Origin: Macrostomum lignano
Lineage: Eukaryota
Reading direction: 5' to 3'
Assembly: GCA_002269645.1 (NCBI GenBank)
Contig: NIVC01000741.1
Coordinates: 310,001 to 374,000, forward strand
Length of the DNA stretch: 64,000 nucleotides
In this document: piece by piece, positions 33,170-41,842 of the stretch
Layout: each line of letters opens with the position of its first letter
Position numbering within the stretch: position 1 is the stretch's first letter
Made by a program: the position numbers and the translations under genes
Notes under the pieces: generated by a model
The model's database searches: none
The model's input: the letters and a program-made list of their open reading frames with translations, nothing else
What the model was told of the DNA's origin: nothing

Positions 33170-33700
33170 TGATAAAAAGTGTTTACCTAGCTTCAGATAG
33201 TGTTTACCTAGCCTCAGATAGTGTTTACCTAGCCTAAGATAGTGTTTACCTAGCCTGAGATAGTGTTTACCTAGCTTCAGATAGTGTTTACCTAGCCTGA
33301 GAAAGTGTTTACCCAGCCTAAGATAATGTTTACCTAGCCTAAGATAATGTTTACCTAGCCTAAGATAATGTTTACCTAGCCTAAGATAATGTTTACCTAG
33401 CCTAAGATAATGTTTACCTAGCCTCAGATAGTGTTTACCTAGCCTGAGATTGAGTGTTTACCTAGCCTCAGATAGTGTTTACCTAGCCTCAGATAGTGTT
33501 TACCTAGCCTGAGATTGAGTGTTTACCTAGCCTGAGATAGTGTTTAATTGAGCCTAAGATAGAGCGTTTAGTTAAGACTAAGATAAAGTGTTTACCTAGC
33601 CTGAGACAGAATGTTTACCTGGCCTAAGATAGAGTGCCTTGTGTAGCCTGATATTGAGGTTTACCTGAGACTTGAGAGGGAGTGTTTAGCTAGCCTCTAG
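33170..33700 (-). repeat. 21-bp minisatellite between RBM7 and NUBP2
   Basis: agatagtgtttacctagcct(c/g/a) on the + strand, degenerating toward 33700. Confidence 0.92.
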
Positions 33701-34046
33701 GTTGAGTATAATCTAGTAAGCATATGCATATAAAAATACAAGCCAGCACCGTCATCAATTTAGCTTCATAAAAGCACCGGAATTTTTACAAGAGAGAAAC
33801 AATCACTTAGTACAGTACTTATAGTAGACAGAAGGAGCGCACTGCTTACAGTGCCCAGTGAAAACTGTTTACAAGCAAATTGATGCACATTATTTACGAG
33901 CTATTAAAATCTGCAGCTGAAATTAAGAAACAAAAAAGCTGCTCAAATGCATCGCAGACTGAAAAAAATCAATATTGATCGATCCAGGAACCCCGACGCA
34001 AATATATTTTTTATCTGTCGTTAGCTCGTATGGGCAACCGTATTGT

Positions 34047-35373
34047 TTAAAATCGGGCCTGCTTATTTCGGCCATAGTGGCTGTTGAATCCGCTGTCGCT
34101 GGTTGATCGCTTAATGCCGTGCTGCTGATGTTGCTGGCGGTGCTGATGATGCTGCTGATGTTGCTGGCGGTGCTGATGATGCTGCTGATGATGGTGCTGC
34201 TGGTGGTGAACAACTGGCGGAGGGAGCGGCGGTGGCGGCGGCAGCAGAAAGTTGCCAGCTTGCTGATGCTGGCGCTGATGCTGCGGCAGCTGCGGCGGCG
34301 GCAGGAGAGGGAAGCTTGGCGGGGGCGGCGGCGGCATCGGAGGCTGCGGAAGCTGGCGGTGGCGCTGATGCTGTCGCCGGTGGTCGCTGCGGGCCTCCCG
34401 AGCGGCTCTGTCGGCCCGTTCCCGGTCGGCCAGCCGCTCTGTCGGCAGAATCTCCTGCCACTGGCGCTCGTGGCCGCTGCCCTGGCGCGGCTTCACGAGG
34501 AGTTCGGCGCCGCACAGGCGCAAACTCTGCGCAACAAGATGCCGGGATGGCGGGTGAGTTCAACTACCTGTGACAGTATCTGTAATAATACTCACTACCA
34601 CTGACAGTATCTGTAATAATACTCACTACCTGTGACAGTATCTGTAATAATACTCACTACCACTGACAGTATCTGTAATAATACTCACTACCACTGACAG
34701 TATCTGTAATAATACTCACTACCTGTGACAGTATCTGTAATAATACTCACTACCTGTGACAGTATCTGTAATAATACTCACTACCTGTGACAGTATCTCT
34801 ATACAAAACTCACTACTTGTGACACTACTTGCACCACTGCCTGTGACACTTGCATCACTGCCTGTGACACTACTTGCACCACTGCCTGTGACACTTGCAT
34901 CACTGCCTGTGACACTACTTGCATCACTGCCTGTGACACTACTTGCATCACTGCCTGTGACACTACTTGCATCACTGTCTGTGACACTACTTGCATCACT
35001 GCCAGTGACACTTGCATCACTGCCAGTGACACTTGCATCACTGTCTGTGACACTTGCATCACTGCCTGTGACACTACTTGCATCACTGCCTGTGACACTA
35101 CTTGCATCACTGTCTGTGACACTTGCATCACTGCCTGTGCCACGGCATCTGGCAGACGCCACTCACCCTAAACAGGCGGCAGGCATAGAGCACCGACTCC
35201 TCGTGTTTGAAGGTGACGAACGCGTAGCCATTTTTGCCATCCTTGCCGGCCACGAGTTTCACGGGACACTCGAGCGGGCCGGACTGCAGGAAGAGCTCGG
35301 TGAGCAGGTCCGCAGTCACATCGGGGCCCAGGTTGCCAACCCACAGGGTTCTCTCGCGGCTATTGTCATCCAT
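34047..35373 (-). CDS. RBM7: RRM protein of the RBM7/RBM11 family; exons 35373-35167 and 34526-34047, ~228 aa, Q/P/H-rich tail
   Basis: MDDNSRERTLWVGNLGPDVTADLLTELFLQSGP..GKDGKNGYAFVTFKHEESVLYACRLFR|SLRLCGAELLVKPRQGSGH parallels RBM7 (RTLFVGNL..FAFVNFKHEVSV..IKIQFRSGSSH). Confidence 0.8.
34560..35137 (-). repeat. Two adjacent minisatellites in the RBM7 intron (~31/28 bp and 24/21 bp)
   Basis: ctgtgacagtatctgtaataatactcactac (34560-34800) and gtgacactacttgcatcactgcct (34810-35137). Confidence 0.92.
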
Positions 35374-35469
35374 GAAGTCCAGAAACGCTGCAAAAGTAAA
35401 ATGCACCATTGTGAATGCTTTGAGATACTTGGGGACTGCTTTCTGAAGGACCAGGAAGTAACAGGTAAC

Positions 35470-35921
35470 AGCTCAATGAATGATTGAGAGAGGGGTGCAG
35501 CAGCTCAATGAATGATTGAGAGAGGGGTGCAGCAGCTCACTGAATGATTGAGAGAGGGGTGCAGCAGCTCACTGAATGATTGAGAGAGGGATGCAGCAGC
35601 TCACTGAATGATTGAGAGAGGGGTACAGCAGCTCACTGAAGGATTGAGAGAGGGGTGCAGCAGCTCACTGAATGATTGAGAGAGGGGTACAGCAGCTCAC
35701 TGAATGATTGAGAGAGGGGTGCAGCAGCTCACTGAATGATTGAGAGAGGGGTGCAGCAGCTCACTGAATGATTGAGAGAGGGGTGCAGCAGCTCACTGAA
35801 TGATTGAGAGGGGTGCAGCAGCTCACTGAATGATTGAGAGGGGTGCAGCAGCTCACTGAATGATTCAGAGAGGGGTGCAGCAGCTCACTGAATGATCGAG
35901 AGGGGTGCAGCAGCTCACTGA
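35470..35921 (-). repeat. 32-bp minisatellite between CSTF2 and RBM7
   Basis: cagctcactgaatgattgagagaggggtgcag, about 14 copies. Confidence 0.94.
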
Positions 35922-36024
35922 AGGTCAAGGACAAGGCGGCAACCTGATGCAAACAGCTTCTGATATGTACACTCGATAAAAAACACAGAAACCCAGAAGC
36001 CAAAAATATTTTGCACAGGAACAT

Positions 36025-36030
36025 TTTAAT
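36025..36030 (-). terminator. Putative CSTF2 polyadenylation signal ATTAAA
   Basis: About 200 nt after the stop, followed on the minus strand by a GT/T-rich tract (ttttggcttctgggtttctgtgtttttt). Confidence 0.5.
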
Positions 36031-36232
36031 TGATCATATTGAACAGTCATTGAGTAGCAAACATTACAGAATGACAGCAGAGTTGATTAGCTTTTGCATT
36101 GTCCTATCAACAGTTTACTAGTAGCCAGCCAGTACCGGAACACCAGCAGAGATCAGCAGGAACAATGCCTGATGCCTAAGCCGGCACTAAACCAGAGTGA
36201 ATAAATGACAGCGGCAATGAGCACACATTGAG

Positions 36233-38253
36233 TCAGATGTGACCAGCCTTGGCCAGCTGCTCTTTAAGAATCATGATGGACCGGCGCTGGTCCTCAGGCA
36301 GCATGTGGATTTGCTCATCTGACAGCTGCAGCACCTGCATGATGAGCGCCGCCTTCTCTTGATCTCCGCCGGCGATGGCGCCCATCGACAGCTGAGCGCC
36401 GCTGCCCTGCGAAGACTGCGGCTGCTGCGGTTGCTGCGGCTGCGCCTGGGGCGGCGGCGGCGGTGGCGGCTGGCGGTACGGCTGCTGCTGCTGCGGGTAC
36501 ATCTGCTGCTGATGTTGTGGTGGCGGAGGCGGTGGCGGTTGGTGATGGTGGTACATCTGCTGCTGCATCGGAGGCTGCGGAGGCTGAGGCGGCTGGTGTT
36601 GGTAGTGCTGCTGCTGCTGCATTGGCTGATCGACTGGCATTACGGGCGGAATCTGCTCAGTGGTTCTGCTCAGCATAGCGATGGCCACCTTGGGGTCAAC
36701 CAGCTTCATCACAATCTGAGCCTGCAGCAGGGCGTAGGCCAGCTGCGGGTTCTGCAGCAGCATGTTGCGGGCCTCGTGCGGGTTGTTCTGAATGCACTGC
36801 TTCATCTGACGCATCAGCTCGAACATCTGCTCGGGCGGCAGGCTGGCAACCGCCCGGCTGATCTCCTCCGGCGCGTTCTTTGGGTCCACCTGGGCGGTTT
36901 GGGGTTGGCTTTTTACCTGAATTTACATTGTTGTTTCTTATCCCAGCTTTTCATTCATCTCGCTTATCACCTCCCTCTTGCTTAACATGCACCCTTCCTT
37001 GTCCTTTATCCCCTTCCTTCTCCCTAATCCCCTTCCCTGTCCCTTATTCCCTTCCCTGTCCCTTATCCCCTTCCCTGATCCTTATCCCTTTTTCATCCCT
37101 TATCCCCTTCCCTGATCCTTAGCCCTTTTTCATCCCTTATCCCCTTCCCTGATCCTTATCCCTTTTTCATCCCTTATCCCCTTCCCTGATCCTTATCCCT
37201 TTTTCATCCCTTATCCCCTTCCCTGATCCTTAGCCCTTTTTCATCCCTTATCCCCTTCCCTGATCCTTATCCCTTTTTCATCCCTTATCCCCTTCCCTGA
37301 TCCTTATCCCTTTTTCATGCCTTATCCCTTTTAAGCTTTTCATCCCTTATCCCCTTCCCTGATCCTTAGCCCTTTTTCATCCCTTATCCCCTTCCCTGAT
37401 CCTTATCCCTTTTTCATCCCTTATCCCCTTCCCTGATCCTTAGCCCTTTTTCATCCCTTATCCCCTTCCCTGATCCTTATCCCTTTTTCATCCCTTATCC
37501 CCTTCCCTGATCCTTATCCCTTTTTCATCCCTTATCCCCTTCCCTGATCCTTATCCCTTTTTCATCCCTTATCCCCTTCCCTGATCCTTATCCCTTATCC
37601 CCTTCCCTGATCCTTATCCCTTTTTCATCCCTTATCCCCTTCCCTGACCCTTATCCCTTTTTTGTCCCTTACCCCCTTCCCTGACCCTTATCCTTTTTTG
37701 TCCCTTACCCCCTTCCCTGTGTCCACATCCACTGCCGCTTATCCCTCCCTACAGCATACAGAATCCCAAGAGCTCCCGCTCCCACCTTCTCCCCATAAGG
37801 CGAGTCCACAGGCGGGCCGGAGACGCCGGGGCCATGGCCCTGGCCATCCTGCTGTTGCTGCTGCTGCTGCTGGTTCTGCTCGCCAGCGGCCGGGCCGATG
37901 CGCAGCGGCCTGCCGCAGAACTCGATATTCTGCAGATTGCGCAGGGCAGCCTGGGCGGTAGGCAGGTCCTTGTACTCGCAGAAGCCGTAGCCCTTGGGCT
38001 TGCCGGTCTCCCTGTCGTACACGAGGCGGAAGCCGATGACGGGCCCGGCCTGCTCGAACATCTCCTTCAGCCGGTCCTCAGACGCTTCGTAGGGGATGTT
38101 GCCGACGAATATGGAGCGAGCGGTCCGCTCCAGGGCCTCGCGCTCGCGCTGGCCTTGGCTTTGCCTGTCAGCCGCGGCTTGCTGCTGCTGAAGCATTTGC
38201 TGCTGCTGCTGCTGCAGTTGCTGGGGGCCTGGGGCTGCCATTTTGGATTGCAT
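36233..38253 (-). CDS. CSTF2: Cleavage stimulation factor 64 kDa subunit; exons 38253(or 38241)-37786 and 36889-36233, ~370 aa
   Basis: RSIFVGNIPYEASEDRLKEMFEQAGPVIGFRLVYDRETGKPKGYGFCEYKD RRM; hinge ISRAVASLPPEQMFELM..NPQLAYALLQAQ; C-terminal DQEKAALIMQVLQLSDEQIHMLPEDQRRSIMILKEQL. Confidence 0.96.
36990..37720 (-). repeat. 37-bp minisatellite in the CSTF2 intron
   Basis: tccttatccctttttcatcccttatccccttccctga on the + strand. Confidence 0.94.
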
Positions 38254-38267
38254 GCAATAAATTGAGT
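38251..38267 (-). other. Genomic copy of a spliced-leader 3' end (ACTCAATTTATTGCATG) fused to CSTF2
   Basis: The minus strand reads ..gcgctata ACTCAATTTATTGCATG caatccaaaATGgcagcc. The 17-mer equals the 3' end of the Macrostomum lignano SL as I recall it (..GAAGACTCAATTTATTGCATG); not verified by search. Confidence 0.65.
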
Positions 38268-38324
38268 TATAGCGCTCCGTGATTAGGTGAGCTTGTGAGA
38301 TAAGGCTAGCTCAAGGACTTCGGA

Positions 38325-39115
38325 AGCAGCAGCCTACTCAAGTGACTGGGAAGCAGCAGCCTACTCAAGTGACTGGGAAGCAGCAGCCTACTCAAGTGAC
38401 TGGGAAGCAGCAGCCTACTCAAGTGTCAGGGAAGGGAAGCAGCAGCCTACTCAAGTGACAGGGAAGCAGCAGCCTACTCAAGTGTCAGGGAAGGGAAGCA
38501 GCAGCCTACTCAAGTGTCAGGGAAGGGAAGCAGCAGCCTACTCAAGAGACAGGGAAGCAGCAGCCTACCCAAGTGTCAGGGAAGGGAAGCAGCAGCCTAC
38601 TCAAGAGACAGGGAAGCAGCAGCCTACTCAAGTGTCAGGGAAGGGAAGCAGCAGCCTACTCAAGTGACAGGGAAGCAGCAGCCTACTCAAGTGACAGAAA
38701 AGGGAAGCAGCAGTCTACTCAAGTGACAGGGAAGCAGCAGCCTACTCAAGTGACAGGGAAGCAGCAGCCTACTCAAGTGTCAGGGAAGGGAAGCAGCAGC
38801 CTACTCAAGTGTCAGGGAAGGGAAGCAGCAGCCTACTCAAGTGTCAGGGAAGGGAAGCAGCAGCCTACTCAAGTGACAGGGAAGCAGCAGCCTACTCAAG
38901 TGAAAGGGAAGCAGGAGCCTACTCAAGTGAAAGGGAAGCAGCAGCCTACTCAAGTGAAAGGGAAGCAGCAGCCTACTCAAGTGACAGGAAAGCAGCAGCC
39001 CACTCAAGTGACAGGAAAGCAGCAGCCCACTCAAGTAACAGGGAAGCAGCAGCCTACTCAAGTGACAGGGAGGGGTAGCAGCAGCCTATTCAGGTGACAG
39101 GGAAGGGTAGCAGCA
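38325..39115 (-). repeat. 27/32-bp minisatellite between ZCCHC4 and CSTF2
   Basis: gggaagcagcagcctactcaagtg(a/t)ca on the + strand, with or without an extra gggaa. Confidence 0.94.
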
Positions 39116-39284
39116 GTTTCCCTCGAACTTGGGAATTAACAAAGAAAGCAAAACAGAAAACGAAGATGTTTAGACTTCAAGAAGATTGAGCACGGTGTAT
39201 TCTGGCGGTTACAAGTAGAAAAATGCATCAGAAATGTACAGAGCAGATTTCTTCATCGCAAGCAAATGCATCTCAGTAAGCAGC

Positions 39285-40928
39285 TCAGTTCTTCGCCGAC
39301 AAGCCAGACCGGCAGTCGTGAGAGTCGATATACTTGGCCTTGACGCATCTGTTGCAGCGCTGGCAGTGCAGCCGGGCAGGCGGGTGCAGCGTGGCGCACG
39401 TGCCGCAGGCTGCACAATGCGGATTCCAGTGGGCCGAGTGGCGGGCGCAGACGGAGCACCAGCTGGTGCCGGGAGGCGGCGGCAGGCGGGACTCGGGCAC
39501 GTTGGAGAACAGGCGGACGGCAGAGACCGAGGCGCTGCGCAGCTTGGCGTGATTGGCGTAACTCAGCTGGCAGTCGTGCAGGCTGAGCCGGGGGCGCAGC
39601 CACCGCTTGCCCAGGTAGTAGGGCGCCGCCACGGCTGTGAACACCTGTCGGGAATGCGGGGAGGGGTTGGCGCTCGGTTGCTGTGAATAGGACAGGTGAG
39701 ACAGATCTGATAGGACAGGTGAGACAGATCTGATAGGACAGGTGAGACAGATCTGATAGGACAGGTGAGACAGATCTGATAGGACAGGTGAGACAGATCT
39801 GATAGGACAGGTGAGACAGATCTGATAGGACAGGTGAGACCGATCTGATAGGACAGGTGAGACAGATCTGATAGGACAGGTGAGACAGATCTGATAGGAC
39901 AGGTGAGACAGATCTGATAGGACAGGTGAGACAGATCTGATAGGACAGGTGAGACAGATCTGATAGGACAGGTGAGACAGATCTGATAGGACAGGTGAGA
40001 CAGATCTGATAGGACAGGTGAGACAGATCTGATAGGACAGGTGGGACAGATCTGATAGGACAGGTGGGACAGATCTGATAGGACAGGTGAGACAGATCTG
40101 ATAGGACAGGTGAGACAGATCTGATGTCAGGTGAAAACAAGAGTTGCCCACCTCGCAGTGGCCGGCAGCCGCGGCGAGATCTGCCAGGTGCTGCAGGCAG
40201 TCCATCAAGGGGGTCAGCAGGCCGCCAAAGGGCGGGTCAGCCACAATGAGGCAGACGGAGTCCGAGCCCCGCTTGGCCGCCAGCCAGCTGACGAATCTGT
40301 CTCGCCCACCCGGTCGCAGAAACGCGGCGTTGAACATGTTGAAGGCCAGACAGTCGGGGAAGAATTCGGCCAGCCGCAGGTCGGCGTCAAGCAGGAGGCT
40401 GCGGCAGCGCCGGCCGCCGATTGCGTAGCGGGCAGCCTCGTGCAGGCGGGGGCAGCCGACGCAGACGAGCTGCCGGCAGCGGAGGCGGCGCACCAGGCGG
40501 AGCAGGTAGGCCAGGCTGGGCGGGGAGAAGAAGTACTGCGAGGACTGCCGGGTGGTGAGTGGCGGCAGGAAGACGGTGGGGGCCAGCAGGCGCCGCTTCG
40601 GTAGCCGCGGCAGCAGCTGGTGGGTGGCGCAGGCCGCCAGCTCGGAGCTGCCGAGTGCCAGCCGGCCGCAGTTCAGGCAGTAGGCGCGCAGCCGGCGCGG
40701 CGTGGCGAGGGCTTCGTCCAAGCGGCAGCAGTTCGGCGCTGACAAGGCGGAGGCCGCGCCGGACTTGGCCGAGCAGGCGCCAGGCCGCCTGGTGAAGGAG
40801 CAGCAGTGGCGCCGGGTGAATCGACCGGCGCCGTCGCGCAACACCAGGGCGAGCATGGGGCCGTGCAGCGGGCAGGCGGGCGCAGCCTCCTCAGCCGCAT
40901 CAAGGCCACACTGCTGTATGGAGGCCAC
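39285..40928 (-). CDS. ZCCHC4: 28S rRNA N6-adenosine methyltransferase ZCCHC4; exons 40928-40152 and 39644-39285; start codon uncertain (SL-donated AUG or ATG at 40961)
   Basis: APACPLHGP zinc finger; LVCVGCPRLHE; LLLDADLR; FNMFN; catalytic ADPPFGGL; PYY; SYANH; VRLFSNVP; CSVC..NPHCAACGTC..HCQRCNRCVK Cys-rich domain. Confidence 0.9.
   Translation of the reverse strand: MASIQQCGLDAAEEAAPACPLHGPMLALVLRDGAGRFTRRHCCSFTRRPGACSAKSGAASALSAPNCCRLDEALATPRRLRAYCLNCGRLALGSSELAACATHQLLPRLPKRRLLAPTVFLPPLTTRQSSQYFFSPPSLAYLLRLVRRLRCRQLVCVGCPRLHEAARYAIGGRRCRSLLLDADLRLAEFFPDCLAFNMFNAAFLRPGGRDRFVSWLAAKRGSDSVCLIVADPPFGGLLTPLMDCLQHLADLAAAAGHCEVGNSCFHLTSDLSHLSYQICLTCPIRSVPPVLSDLSHLSYQICLTCPIRSVSPVLSDLSHLSYQICLTCPIRSVSPVLSDLSHLSYQICLTCPIRSVSPVLSDRSHLSYQICLTCPIRSVSPVLSDLSHLSYQICLTCPIRSVSPVLSDLSHLSYSQQPSANPSPHSRQVFTAVAAPYYLGKRWLRPRLSLHDCQLSYANHAKLRSASVSAVRLFSNVPESRLPPPPGTSWCSVCARHSAHWNPHCAACGTCATLHPPARLHCQRCNRCVKAKYIDSHDCRSGLSAKN
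39686..40125 (-). repeat. 23-bp minisatellite in the ZCCHC4 intron
   Basis: gacaggtgagacagatctgatag on the + strand, about 19 copies. Confidence 0.96.
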
Positions 40929-41367
40929 CTGTAAAGCTGGGCGCCGATCTCGACTTCGCATGAGGATGGACTGCTGAAAATCGCGTGCCAGAATATTCGA
41001 TGAGATCGAGCCCAGGACCTCGGCAGGTGAATCTTGAGGCAAGATATGGGGCAACTATGAGCCAAGACAAAGCTGGAGACCGGGCAAAAAGGCCTCGAGA
41101 ATCCGCAGGATTCGACTCGAGAGAGAGAAAGAGGAGGGAAGGACCTCTAAATATTGTATGGCCAAAATAGACATCGAACCAATGACCTCCTAAAACTAGT
41201 ATTAGTAGGTATAGTATCGAGCTTTGACCTTTGACAATTCAATTGACAACATAAGAGTTCGAGCCTAGGACCCCTAGAATTGTATGCACAGACTAGAGAT
41301 GGGAGCCAAAAGTAAAACAAAAAATACGAAAGAATTGGCAAAACCACAAGAACAAGCAATGTCTGCT

Positions 41368-41373
41368 TTTATT
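41368..41373 (-). terminator. Putative polyadenylation signal AATAAA upstream of ZCCHC4
   Basis: Followed on the minus strand by a GT/T-rich tract (ttgttcttgtggttttgcc..ttttttgttttacttttgg); about 440 nt upstream of the ZCCHC4 acceptor. Confidence 0.5.
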
Positions 41374-41842
41374 AAAGAAACAGTAAACTGACCATAATCG
41401 GCGAGAATGCATATGAAAATCACCGCCAGCCAGCAGGTGCCAACCGCACTGGCCGCTCAATATTACATTTGTCTGGGCGCACCTGGGCTCGATTAAGTTG
41501 AGCATACTACTGACAAGCCTGCACAAAATAGTAGTAACGTACTAAAGCAAACTCACTAGAGCTCCAAAAACTACCAAATCAAGAAAATAAATTCGCGTAC
41601 TTCAGTTCCTAAGTTGGGAAATTGAAATTAGAAAGCGGTTGCACCAGAACCAGCAATTTCAACTGAGGAGCTTCGAAGTTAGCCCTTGAATAAAATTGGC
41701 GAAACGTAAGCATTAGAAGGACTGCGATGGATAGTGGACAGGCGAATTACAAATGAGGGCGCATTAAACAATGAACACAGGTGGTCTGGGACCTTTTGTG
41801 CTCAGAAAATTTAACTTTGTATAAAGTTCACGATGTGACAAA

